Under the pieces are notes generated by a model that saw nothing but the letters and a program-made list of their open reading frames with translations, made no database searches and was not told where the DNA came from. Shown here piece by piece: positions 29,360 to 40,270 of a stretch of 64,000 bases of DNA. Within the stretch, counting starts at the first letter, position 1; the number at the start of each line of letters is the position of its first letter. Source of the DNA: Aestuariivirga sp. (lineage in GTDB: Bacteria > Pseudomonadota > Alphaproteobacteria > Rhizobiales > Aestuariivirgaceae); NCBI RefSeq assembly GCF_047602625.1, contig NZ_JASGGV010000002.1:441734-505733 (forward strand), given 5' to 3'. The position numbers and the translations under genes are program-made.

Positions 29360-30532
29360 ATGACTGATGGACATTATCTGATCGCTGGCGGCGGCATCGC
29401 CGGTCTCGCTTCGGGGCTGGCACTGGCGCGCGCCGGTAAGCCTGCACGTATTTTTGAACAGCACGACAGTTTCAGCGAAGTTGGCGCCGGCCTGCAGATT
29501 TCCCCCAATGCCGTGGCAGCACTCCGCTGGCTTGGCGCATGGGAAGAGTTGGAGCGGACCTGCGTCATCCCCGTGGAAATCCACGTGAGGGACGGATTGA
29601 CCGGCAAAATCATGCAGCGCATCAAGCTTGGGAAACGCTTCGAGTCCCGATATCGCGCGCCCTATCGCGTGGCTCACCGCGCCGATCTGCTGGCGGCTCT
29701 GCTGGGCGCGGTGAAGCAGGCCCCCGGCATCACGCTGGAAACCCGCCATCGCGCCATCTCCACCGAAGGCAACGGACTTGTTTTCGCGGACGGGACATCG
29801 GCGTCAGGAACCGGCATCATCGCCGCGGATGGGGTTCATTCGGCACTCCGCCAACAGCACTATCCCGGCAGCGAGCCAAAGCCACGCGGCCACATGCTGT
29901 ACCGGACACTTATTCCCTTTTCCCGGGTCCCGTTCGGTGTCGAACCGGAATGCGTGACGCTGTGGCTCTATCCTGGTGCGCATGTCGTCCACTATGCGGT
30001 GAGCAACTGGAAGCGCTTCAATATCGTTGCCACCATTGAAACGCCCGGCTTTGCGCAAGGCTATCGCACGCGCGGCGAAAGCAATGATATCCGCAAGGCC
30101 TTTGCAAACGCTGCAGGCCCGTTGCAATCGATCCTCTCCGCCCCCTCGGCATGGCGTATCTGGACGGGCGCCGACATCGATCCATTGCCGGAATGGTCGC
30201 AAGGGAATTTCACCCTGATCGGCGATGCAGCCCACGCCACCCTGCCCTATCTGGCCCAAGGTGCCGCCATGTCTCTTGAAGATGCCTGCGTGCTGGGGTC
30301 GAGTCTGATGCGCTACGAAAACTCTGCCGAGGCCTTCATCGCCTATGCGGCTGAACGGCGGGCAAGGACATCAAAAATCATGCTTGAATCACGAAAGCTT
30401 GGCGGCATTTACCATGCAACAGGCTTCAGGGCCAAAGCACGCGCCATGGCCCTGAAGTTGATGGGCAAAAACTATGCGCTGCGGCGCAACGACTGGATTT
30501 ACAGCTGGCGCTCGCCGCAAACCGTCGCCTAG
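29360..30532 (+). CDS. FAD-dependent aromatic-ring monooxygenase (salicylate/3-hydroxybenzoate hydroxylase-like)
   Basis: LIAGGGIAGLASGLALA dinucleotide fold, DG-motif region, and LIGDAAHATLPYLAQGAAMSLEDA. Confidence 0.9.
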   Translation: MTDGHYLIAGGGIAGLASGLALARAGKPARIFEQHDSFSEVGAGLQISPNAVAALRWLGAWEELERTCVIPVEIHVRDGLTGKIMQRIKLGKRFESRYRAPYRVAHRADLLAALLGAVKQAPGITLETRHRAISTEGNGLVFADGTSASGTGIIAADGVHSALRQQHYPGSEPKPRGHMLYRTLIPFSRVPFGVEPECVTLWLYPGAHVVHYAVSNWKRFNIVATIETPGFAQGYRTRGESNDIRKAFANAAGPLQSILSAPSAWRIWTGADIDPLPEWSQGNFTLIGDAAHATLPYLAQGAAMSLEDACVLGSSLMRYENSAEAFIAYAAERRARTSKIMLESRKLGGIYHATGFRAKARAMALKLMGKNYALRRNDWIYSWRSPQTVA

Positions 30533-30831
30533 CGCTTGCGGCCACCGTTGTCGTGGGTCTTCTTGTCATTCACCGTGACGAGCTGGCGCACGTAGCAGCG
30601 GCGTTCTTTGCAAACAACAATGTCGCCGCAATTCGCATTGGCCTGAACCATCCAGACTGGGCGGCGGTCAGCGGTTACGGTCTCGCAACAGGAGACGACC
30701 GCGCCGGCGTTGTCGGCAACGCACTTGTTCAGTTTCGATGTGATGGATGCGCCAGCGCCCTGGCTCAGCGCCAGCATGCCGAGAGCGAAGACGGTTGAGC
30801 CGGTGAATGCGGCAAAGCGGATATTGGTCAT
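30529..30831 (-). CDS. small secreted Cys-rich protein (100 aa)
   Basis: GGAGGA SD. Signal peptide MTNIRFAAFTGSTVFALGMLALSQGAGA. Six Cys in the mature part. Confidence 0.55.
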   Translation of the reverse strand: MTNIRFAAFTGSTVFALGMLALSQGAGASITSKLNKCVADNAGAVVSCCETVTADRRPVWMVQANANCGDIVVCKERRCYVRQLVTVNDKKTHDNGGRKR

Positions 30832-31006
30832 TGTGTTATCCTCCAATTGTGTTGCGATCGGTGTTGATCGATGGCGCAACTATGGCGCACAGTGGATGAG
30901 CCCAGCTTGAATGCCGTGTTTAACTGCCGTTCATGTTGGCGGCATTGTGGAATAAAGACCATGCTGAATGCGTAACTCACGCATCACTTACTCAAGGAGC
31001 CTCGCC

Positions 31007-31558
31007 ATGCACAAGCTTGTGACATTCAGTCTTGCAGCTTTCTGTCTTGCATCAGCAACCGCTCTGGCCGCAGGCGGCGGAGGTTCAGGAGGCGGCAGCA
31101 GTTCTTCGGGCGGCGGCGGCTCCCCGCAGGATCATGATTGCAAGAAAGGCGAGGTCTGGAACAAGAAGACCAAGAAGTGCATGAAGCAGCAATCCGGCGT
31201 GTTGCCGGATGAGGATCTCTACCAGCAAGGCCGCGCGCTGGCCAAGGAAGGCCAGTATGACTGGGCCCTTGAGGTGCTGGCCCTGGTTCAGAACCAGAAT
31301 GATCCGCGTGTGCTGAACTACATGGGCTACAGCAATCGCAAGGCGGGCAGGCTCGAGGTTGGCATTTCCTATTACCGCAAGGCGCTCGCCATCAACCCAA
31401 ACTTCGTGCTCGCCCGCGAATACCTGGGCGAAGGCTACGTTGCCGCGGGCCGCAACGATCTCGCGAAAGCAGAGCTGGCGGAAATTGCCCAGCGCTGTGG
31501 CGTGACCTGTGAAGAATACCGCGACCTGTCACTGGCGATTGCCGGCAAAGCGGAATGA
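31007..31558 (+). CDS. secreted TPR-repeat protein with Gly/Ser linker
   Basis: AAGGAG SD, signal peptide, GGGGSGGGSSSSGGGGS linker, and TPR-like YQQGRALAKEGQYDWALEVL / YYRKALAINPNF repeats. Confidence 0.75.
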   Translation: MHKLVTFSLAAFCLASATALAAGGGGSGGGSSSSGGGGSPQDHDCKKGEVWNKKTKKCMKQQSGVLPDEDLYQQGRALAKEGQYDWALEVLALVQNQNDPRVLNYMGYSNRKAGRLEVGISYYRKALAINPNFVLAREYLGEGYVAAGRNDLAKAELAEIAQRCGVTCEEYRDLSLAIAGKAE

Positions 31559-32407
31559 TCAGCGGGGCGGCAGGAGCCAGCTTATGGTTCCCTGCCCCCA
31601 ATCGCCCTTGCCAAGGCGGCCCGCCAGAGCCGGGACAAGGACACCCAGCTCTTCATCAATCCGCCATGGCGGGTTGATGATGATGAGGCCTGATCCTGCC
31701 AGTCCGCCCCCCTTGAAACTTTCGCGAACCCTGAGTTCGATCCGCAGCGTGCCGGGAATTTCCATCGCCGCTGCGGCATCAGAGATTTGGCCTTCCAGGC
31801 CATCTGCCTTGACGGGATACCACAGCAGAAAACACCCTGTCGCAAAGCGCCTGACCCCATCAGCCAGCATCTGGATCGCACGCTCGGCTTCGTCCTTCAC
31901 CTCATAAGGCGGGTCGATCAGGATGAGGCCCCGGCGCTCTGGCGGCGGCAGGCTGGCTTTGACGCAGGCCGCGGCATCCAGCCCCTGGACCATCACCCGC
32001 CCGTCGGGACGGAAACAGTCTGCCAGCAAGGTCCTGTCCGCTGGATGAAGTTCATTGGCAATGAGCCGGTCTTGCAGGCGCATCAACGCGGCCGCCAGCC
32101 AGGGCGACCCCGGATAGCGGATCACCGGGCCATCTCCATTTAGCTCTGCGAGCACCCGGCGATAAGGCTTCAGCAATTCCTCAACATGCGGAGGAAAGAC
32201 TGCGCCCATGCGGCCAATGCCGCCTTCCCATTCCCCGGTTTTTCCTGCCTCAAGTCCCGCAAGATCATAAATGCCGATCCCGGCATGCGCATCAATCACC
32301 CGGAACGGCTTGTCCTTGATTTTGAGATGTTCGATGACCCGCGCCAGAACCACATGCTTCAGCACATCGGCATGGTTCCCCGCGTGATAGGCGTGGCGGT
32401 AGTTCAT
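31559..32407 (-). CDS. rlmJ: 23S rRNA (adenine2030-N6)-methyltransferase
   Basis: MNYRHAYHAGNHADVLKH N-terminus and ...LIDPPYE... motif are typical of RlmJ. Confidence 0.9.
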   Translation of the reverse strand: MNYRHAYHAGNHADVLKHVVLARVIEHLKIKDKPFRVIDAHAGIGIYDLAGLEAGKTGEWEGGIGRMGAVFPPHVEELLKPYRRVLAELNGDGPVIRYPGSPWLAAALMRLQDRLIANELHPADRTLLADCFRPDGRVMVQGLDAAACVKASLPPPERRGLILIDPPYEVKDEAERAIQMLADGVRRFATGCFLLWYPVKADGLEGQISDAAAAMEIPGTLRIELRVRESFKGGGLAGSGLIIINPPWRIDEELGVLVPALAGRLGKGDWGQGTISWLLPPR

Positions 32408-32425
32408 GACGGCCGCAGCAAGATG

Positions 32426-33310
32426 TCAGAACAGGGTGATTGTGAACGGATCGAACATCGTGCCATCTTGCCCCAGATCGACATGGATCACCCGGTCGGG
32501 ATGGGCGTCGGGAACCATGAAAAAGCCGACAGAATCGACAGCGTAACCAACCTCTCCGCAGGGCGGATCCGGCACTTCGTCCTGCGGCTCGGCATCAAAG
32601 GCCTTTTTGCGCTCGCCCGTCGGCACGACCTGCCACAGGGTCCACCCCGGCGGCGCCTTGATATCGGTGTCGGCGGCGAATTGGCATTCATTATCGTCCG
32701 GAATTAACCCTGATTTGCGCAGGGAAGGCAGCAGCGCATCCAGTTTTTCATCCGGCTTTTTGCGGAACTGGCGCACCACCGTGTAGGGATCGCCGCCATC
32801 CGTATTGAGGGTAAAAGTGTCTGTCCCCGCATCATAGGTAATGGCCCACTTGCCGGTGTCGAAGGCGCAATCCTCGGCCCAGAGCGCAATGCCCGTGCCC
32901 TTTTTCCATACCCACGAACAGGCCTTCTGATCTGTCGCATAAAAGGGTGACGGCGGCGCGTCGGGCTGCGCCACCGGCACATAACGCACCGACACATCGG
33001 CCAAGGGGATGCACACGTCTCCCATGTCGGGGCGGGCAATCGCTTTCAGCTTGGGATCGTCAGGGTCCAACCCCTTGTCCTTGCCGAAAAAACATGCCTT
33101 TTGCGCCTGTAACTCGCTGAGGATGACGCCATCGATATCCCCCGCGAGGCTATTGGCTTTCGCGAAATCCGCCGAAAGCCGAATGTTCAACTGCTTGCCG
33201 AGGGCGGCAGGAAAATAAACGCCAGCATCGTCAAACGGGATGAGTTTCACATCATCCGCAAAAGCAGGCGTGGCGGCGAAGAGAAGCATCACTGACAGGG
33301 CGGTTTTCAT
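32426..33310 (-). CDS. secreted hypothetical protein (294 aa)
   Basis: Signal peptide MKTALSVMLLFAATPAFA. Coding-like composition. No family recognised. Confidence 0.6.
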   Translation of the reverse strand: MKTALSVMLLFAATPAFADDVKLIPFDDAGVYFPAALGKQLNIRLSADFAKANSLAGDIDGVILSELQAQKACFFGKDKGLDPDDPKLKAIARPDMGDVCIPLADVSVRYVPVAQPDAPPSPFYATDQKACSWVWKKGTGIALWAEDCAFDTGKWAITYDAGTDTFTLNTDGGDPYTVVRQFRKKPDEKLDALLPSLRKSGLIPDDNECQFAADTDIKAPPGWTLWQVVPTGERKKAFDAEPQDEVPDPPCGEVGYAVDSVGFFMVPDAHPDRVIHVDLGQDGTMFDPFTITLF

Positions 33311-33631
33311 CCCGTCTTCTTGCCAGAGTCGCGGCGGCTTGGCTATCGCAGCTCCGATAAATTGTATTTGCATACAATCAAAAATTGAATTTCATGACAA
33401 ATTCCATACCATTCTCCATTTTGGTTGCGGCGCAGCATTGGCTCCCATAAGCGGTACCCGGGCACGCGCCCTGAGGAAACGAGGGGCGAGCATGGTTAAC
33501 GGAAAAGGCCTTCAAGCCAGACGGAACGGCCTCGCGGTACACCCCGTCTTCAGCGTCATTCCAGCCCGATGTTGCGGCGCACGGCTGTTATTGTTAACAG
33601 GCAAAAATCAAGTCGAAACTGGTTGCATAAA

Positions 33632-34300
33632 ATGAAGAAAATCAGACTGATCGCGCTTTCCGTCGCAGCATTTGTGCTGGCGCAGGCCCCCGCGCATGCA
33701 GTGCCGGTCTACTCCACGGACTTCAGCACCACGCCTTACACGGGGTGGACGGTGAGCGGGTCAAGCACCAACCAGACGGGCGTTCTCGGCGGCATCAACA
33801 ACACATCGGGCGGCACCAGCAGCGCGACACTGACATTCAATTCCGCCACCGCAACGGTGGCTGTTCTGAAGTTTGACCTCATTGGTTTTGGAACGCTTGA
33901 CGGCTATTTCACCGACTCCGCATCCCGGTCGGCCTATACTGATATTTTCTCTGTATCGAGCGCAGGAACGACGATTTTTCAGGGCGCGCTCGACACGGGC
34001 TGGGCAGGAACGGACAACATCACGCTCAACACATCAGGCGCCATTGTTAGCGCTCTGACCGGCACGCATGATTCATCAGGATCAGGCACCCGCACCATCA
34101 CAATGTTCATCAACCTCGTCGCCGGCACGAACACGCTCAAATTCGTGTATGCCAATCTTGAAAGCTTCAGCAATGAACAGTGGGGCCTGGACAACTTGTC
34201 CATAACCGCCGTTCCCCTGCCTGCATCGCTTCCCCTGCTGGGCGGCGCGCTGCTGGGAATTGGCGGGCTTTCAAGGATGCGGAACAGGCAACGGGCCTGA
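33632..34300 (+). CDS. VPLPA-CTERM (PEP-CTERM-like) sorting-domain protein 1
   Basis: Signal peptide. C-terminal VPLPASLPLLGGALLGIGGLSRMRNRQRA (motif, TM segment, basic tail). Confidence 0.8.
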   Translation: MKKIRLIALSVAAFVLAQAPAHAVPVYSTDFSTTPYTGWTVSGSSTNQTGVLGGINNTSGGTSSATLTFNSATATVAVLKFDLIGFGTLDGYFTDSASRSAYTDIFSVSSAGTTIFQGALDTGWAGTDNITLNTSGAIVSALTGTHDSSGSGTRTITMFINLVAGTNTLKFVYANLESFSNEQWGLDNLSITAVPLPASLPLLGGALLGIGGLSRMRNRQRA

Positions 34301-34422
34301 TTCGCAGCGCCAAAGACAAGACCGCTCTACGAAACATTCTCTTTTGTTGCGGTGTCGCAAATTTGTTGCGACGCAGCGTTAACCTTGATAGTGTGTTAAC
34401 AACTACAATGCAGGGTAGAAAT

Positions 34423-35073
34423 ATGACCAAGAAACTCTCCGCACTTGCCGCATTGGTTGCAGCTTTTGCCACAATCTCTCCCGCTCACGCGCTGACGCTC
34501 ACCTACTCGACCAATTTTGATACGATTGGCTCGGAATGGTCGACGACGGGCGGAAACACGGGCGACACCGGCATTTTGGGCCAGCTCTACGGCGACGGGA
34601 CCAGCGCCACGGTAGCCGGCGTTTCGCCCGGCGCCGGAACAGGCACGCTGAGCTTTGACCTTCTTGGCTTCCGTACCCTCGACGGTGCCGCCAACGGCTA
34701 TACCGACACATTCACGGTTTCCATCAACGGCGTGGACATCTTCACCGGCACCTTCAATCTCGGCGGCGGCGGCAGCGACAGCTATTCCGGCCCTGTGGGC
34801 ACGACGGTAACCGGCGGCACGGGCAGCACCGATATTGGCCGTGATGGCGGCACCCGCACCATTACGATCCCCTTCGCAATCCTGTTGGGTTCCAACACGA
34901 TAACCTTCAGCTATTCCAACCTTCAGTCCTATGACGACGAAGCCTGGGGGCTCGACAATGTCAGCGTGACGGGCGAGGTGTCTCCCGTTCCGCTTCCCGC
35001 GTCTTTGCCGCTGCTGGGCGCAGCCCTCGTGGGCGTCGGCGGCCTGTCGCGCCTGCGCAAGAAAACAGTGTGA
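34423..35073 (+). CDS. VPLPA-CTERM (PEP-CTERM-like) sorting-domain protein 2 (paralogue)
   Basis: Signal peptide MTKKLSALAALVAAFATISPAHA. C-terminal VPLPASLPLLGAALVGVGGLSRLRKKTV. Shares the ...WGLDN(L/V)S(I/V)T... domain with protein 1. Confidence 0.8.
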   Translation: MTKKLSALAALVAAFATISPAHALTLTYSTNFDTIGSEWSTTGGNTGDTGILGQLYGDGTSATVAGVSPGAGTGTLSFDLLGFRTLDGAANGYTDTFTVSINGVDIFTGTFNLGGGGSDSYSGPVGTTVTGGTGSTDIGRDGGTRTITIPFAILLGSNTITFSYSNLQSYDDEAWGLDNVSVTGEVSPVPLPASLPLLGAALVGVGGLSRLRKKTV

Positions 35074-35095
35074 TCGCCTGACGGACCGGCATCAA

Positions 35096-35124
35096 GGGCG
35101 GCTTCAGGGCCGCCCTTTTCGTTT
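35096..35124 (+). terminator. intrinsic terminator after VPLPA-CTERM gene 2
   Basis: GGGCGGC-ttcagg-GCCGCCC followed by TTTTCGTTT. Confidence 0.65.
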
Positions 35125-35219
35125 GCGCATAAACAAATTTTAATGAACTGGCCATGATCCTGCCAGTGGTAAGGGCCTAGCCTTCTCCTGTGCATCGAAC
35201 ATCGCAGGAGGTTTTCCGC

Positions 35220-35654
35220 ATGAGCATTCGCAGCATCCTTAAGGGCAAGGGCGGCAAGGTGGTGACGGTGACGCCATCCACCACCATCGGCATGGCCGCG
35301 CAGCGGCTGCGGCTGGAGCGCATCGGTGCCGTTGTCGTCTCAAGTGACGGCAAGCAGATCGAGGGCATTCTGTCCGAGCGCGACATTGTTCATGGCTTGA
35401 CCGAACACGGCAGCGCCGTGACCGAGATGCCGGTTTCGGCGCTCATGTCGCACAAGGTCTATACCTGCCGCCCCGACACCGAAATGCGTGAGGTGATGCG
35501 GCTGATGACATCGCACCGCATCCGCCATCTTCCGGTGGCCGAAAACAGCGTCATGCTGGGAATCGTGTCGATTGGCGACGTAGTGCAGAACCGGCTTCAG
35601 GATATGGAACTGGAAGCTAATGTGCTGCACGACGTGATCGTAGCCCGGGCTTGA
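35220..35654 (+). CDS. CBS domain pair protein
   Basis: 144 aa. Two CBS repeats (IGAVVVSSDGKQIEGILSERDIV; IRHLPVAENSVMLGIVSIGDVV). GCAGGAGG SD. Confidence 0.85.
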   Translation: MSIRSILKGKGGKVVTVTPSTTIGMAAQRLRLERIGAVVVSSDGKQIEGILSERDIVHGLTEHGSAVTEMPVSALMSHKVYTCRPDTEMREVMRLMTSHRIRHLPVAENSVMLGIVSIGDVVQNRLQDMELEANVLHDVIVARA

Positions 35655-35709
35655 AATAAAAGCGGCGGAAGGCACATGGTGCCTCCCGCCGCGCGAGACG
35701 ATGTGCGGC

Positions 35710-35892
35710 TTAACGCTGGCCGCCGTCCCGCCGTGTATCTTCGCGCGTATCGCGCTGGCCGCCCTGTTGCTCCTGGCCGCGCTTGCCAAGATCCTGGCCC
35801 TGCTGGCCCTGATTGCGATGATCGCCGCCGTGCTGCGGCTGGTTCGGCTTCTGCTGGTTGCCGCTCTTTTCGGTGTCACGAATATTCGACAT
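35710..35892 (-). CDS. small Gln/Gly/Arg-rich hydrophilic (stress-type) protein, 60 aa
   Basis: AAGGAGA SD. Low-complexity hydrophilic sequence (GNQQKPNQPQHGGDHRNQGQQGQDLGKRGQEQQGGQRD). A minus-strand hairpin plus U-run terminator lies at about 35662-35692. Confidence 0.55.
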   Translation of the reverse strand: MSNIRDTEKSGNQQKPNQPQHGGDHRNQGQQGQDLGKRGQEQQGGQRDTREDTRRDGGQR

Positions 35893-36026
35893 CACTGTCT
35901 CCTTCGTTGATGGCCGTCGGTGGGAAAACGGGAGAGCGGGAGTGAGGTTCCATGAATTTTGCCTGCTGACAGGAGATGGCAGCAGCCCCGCTTTGCCTCA
36001 GCAGCAGCGCGCCCTATATTGGGGAC

Positions 36027-38321
<2,295 letters not shown>

Positions 38322-38373
38322 AAGCACTTCCAGCGTACTTGAATGGAGTTACAAAATTGGTCATCCTTCCGCG

Positions 38374-39336
38374 ATGACGGGCGGACAACACTTCTGGGCG
38401 ATCATTGTTGTGGCGATTTGGGCGGCCTTCATTGCAATAGCAGTTTATGTTGCATACCGCTCGATACCCAATCCGGTTACTATAAAAAAGCCCGCACCCG
38501 CACCGCCGCGGCCCTATCGGGTTTTCACCACAAGACATGACGAAGAAGTTCACGCACGGGACCTTGTCGCACATTACGAAGCATCACCGATAAAAAGCCA
38601 AACTATCGTTTTCGAGCATGCGGAACAATGGCGTCGCTCCAATGCCGACCGTCTGGATGATCTTCAAATTCATGCAGCAAGCGATCCGTATTTGACGCTT
38701 CTTGTGGATCAGTCCGGATCGTTGCGTGACAATGGCGCCGCGAAGGAATTGGCTTCAGCGCTTCTGATTGTGGGCAGCAAACTGGAAGCTGCGCGCATAA
38801 GGTACGAGATGCTGGGCTTTACAACGGTAAGCTGGAAAGGAGGGCGATCCCGGCAAGACTGGATCAAGCAGGGACGCCCGAACGCTCCGGGAAGGCTGTG
38901 CGATCTCCGCCATATTGTCTACAAGTCCTTCGATGAGCCCACCTCGGAATTAAAGGTTACACTCCCCCTGATGACCGCAAATGCGATCCTCAAGGAAAAT
39001 GTCGATGGCGAGGCAGTTCTCTGGGCACAGGCACGGGCCCGCAAGTATGAGAACTGGGTGTGTGTGGTCGTAAGTGATGGAGCACCCGTTGATGATTCAA
39101 CATTGCAGGCGAATCCCACGGCAGGGGAAGACTCGATCTTGACGGCGCATCTCGTAGACGTTGTTGCGTCACTGGAGTCGGAAAGTGGCACAGTGATTGG
39201 GGGCGTAGGCCTTCTTCACGGCATTGACCGATTCTACAAAATTCACGGCCTTGCGGAACAATTCGCCGATTTTCCTGTAGAAATCGCCAAAGTAATAAAT
39301 AAATGTTTGTCACAAACCTCTGCGAAGCCTTCTTGA
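38374..39336 (+). CDS. membrane-anchored CobT-like von Willebrand factor A domain protein
   Basis: N-terminal TM helix (FWAIIVVAIWAAFIAIAVYVAY). MIDAS LLVDQSGSL. LGFTT..WKGG.SR..W...GRPN.PGRL.DL.H..YK and VVVSDGAPVDDSTL are characteristic of the CobT C-terminal VWA region. Lower GC than flanks. Confidence 0.8.
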   Translation: MTGGQHFWAIIVVAIWAAFIAIAVYVAYRSIPNPVTIKKPAPAPPRPYRVFTTRHDEEVHARDLVAHYEASPIKSQTIVFEHAEQWRRSNADRLDDLQIHAASDPYLTLLVDQSGSLRDNGAAKELASALLIVGSKLEAARIRYEMLGFTTVSWKGGRSRQDWIKQGRPNAPGRLCDLRHIVYKSFDEPTSELKVTLPLMTANAILKENVDGEAVLWAQARARKYENWVCVVVSDGAPVDDSTLQANPTAGEDSILTAHLVDVVASLESESGTVIGGVGLLHGIDRFYKIHGLAEQFADFPVEIAKVINKCLSQTSAKPS

Positions 39337-39350
39337 AAGGAAACGCACGT

Positions 39351-39710
39351 TTACGCCGCCAACCCCAGCCTTGCCGCCGCGCTGGCCAACTTTCGGTCAC
39401 GGGTCCAGAATTTTGCGCCGGAAGTGAGAACGACTGAAGCTAGAAGATGGGCATCGAGATAGCCGATGCCTGAGCCGCCGAGACTGGCGCTGGAGATAAA
39501 GTCCAGTACTTCCCGGTCCGTCGCCACGGTGGCGCTTTGCAGGTTTCCCAAGCTGGCAAGGATGGTGGTTCTCGCTTTGAGTTGTCCAAGTGCGATTTCG
39601 CCAATGATAAGGGGATGGACGAGAACCTCGGACGCCAATAGCAGGCTTGCGAGCCGTGCGTCGCCTTTCCGGAAATGATCGATCCAGACCGACGTGTCGG
39701 CGAGAATCAT
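39351..39710 (-). CDS. vapC: type II toxin VapC (PIN domain ribonuclease)
   Basis: MILADTSVWIDHF... N-terminal acidic PIN motif. ...GYLDAHLLA... 4-nt overlap with the upstream antitoxin gene. Confidence 0.9.
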   Translation of the reverse strand: MILADTSVWIDHFRKGDARLASLLLASEVLVHPLIIGEIALGQLKARTTILASLGNLQSATVATDREVLDFISSASLGGSGIGYLDAHLLASVVLTSGAKFWTRDRKLASAAARLGLAA

Positions 39711-39904
39711 GCCACGCGCGGCCGCCGCCGAGGGGGTGCCTTGGCGCCAGCTTCGCTACCGCCGAGGCGGGCGAGCCGCCTTGCGCTCTCCCGCGCGATC
39801 AGCGCCTTGAGCGCCTCGCGGATCAGCGGCGCGCGCTCCCGAACGCCGGTCAGTTTCTGGGCTTCGGCCAGAAGATCATCGTCAAGGGCAAGGGTTGTGC
39901 GCAT
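39707..39904 (-). CDS. vapB: type II antitoxin VapB
   Basis: MRTTLALDDDLLAEAQKLTGVRERAPLIREALKALIARE is a typical VapB-type antitoxin N-terminus. Confidence 0.85.
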   Translation of the reverse strand: MRTTLALDDDLLAEAQKLTGVRERAPLIREALKALIARESARRLARLGGSEAGAKAPPRRRPRVA

Positions 39905-40040
39905 GGCAATTCCTGTTCTCGGCATAAGCTTAGCATCGAATGATGCCAACTTCAATGCCTTCCCCGGCAGCATCGAGCATCGGAACCGCGCATCTTCTTC
40001 GGCGTTGATTGGCCTGAACAGGCATCAAAAGAGGCCCATC

Positions 40041-40217
40041 ATGCCGCGCGGAGATAAATCGGCCTATACGGACAAGCAGAAGCGGGAAGCGAAGCACATC
40101 GAGGACAGCTACGAGGAGCGTGGCGTGCCGCAGAAGGAAGCCGAGGCGCGGGCGTGGGCCACCGTGAACAAGCAGGACGGCGGCGGCAAGAAATCCGGCA
40201 GCGGCCGCAAGGCATAG
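40041..40217 (+). CDS. small conserved basic protein (58 aa)
   Basis: MPRGDKSAYTDKQKREAKHIEDSYEERGVPQKEAEARAWATVNKQDGGGKKSGSGRKA. AAGAGG SD. Only the last 58 codons of track ORF 39675-40217 look coding. Confidence 0.65.
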   Translation: MPRGDKSAYTDKQKREAKHIEDSYEERGVPQKEAEARAWATVNKQDGGGKKSGSGRKA

Positions 40218-40270
40218 CGCCCTTCATCAGCGCGTCACAGAACTCCCACACACCCGTCACGTGATGAAAC

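Noticed and set aside
33240-33635. Upstream ORF whose TGA overlaps the ATG of the first VPLPA-CTERM gene (possible leader peptide, e.g. from the ATG at 33492)
   Set aside because: Its composition is Arg-rich and non-coding-like. It has no counterpart upstream of the paralogous second gene. The ATGA overlap alone is not sufficient evidence.
39351-39973. vapBC as evidence of a mobile element or prophage
   Set aside because: There is no integrase, transposase, att-like repeat or tRNA nearby. Chromosomal vapBC modules are common, so only a small islet is suggested.
39675-40040. N-terminal 122 codons of track ORF 39675-40217
   Set aside because: This part is antisense to vapB and vapC and has a Arg/Ser-rich composition. 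Only the terminal 58 codons, which have their own SD and ATG at 40041, look like a real conserved small protein.
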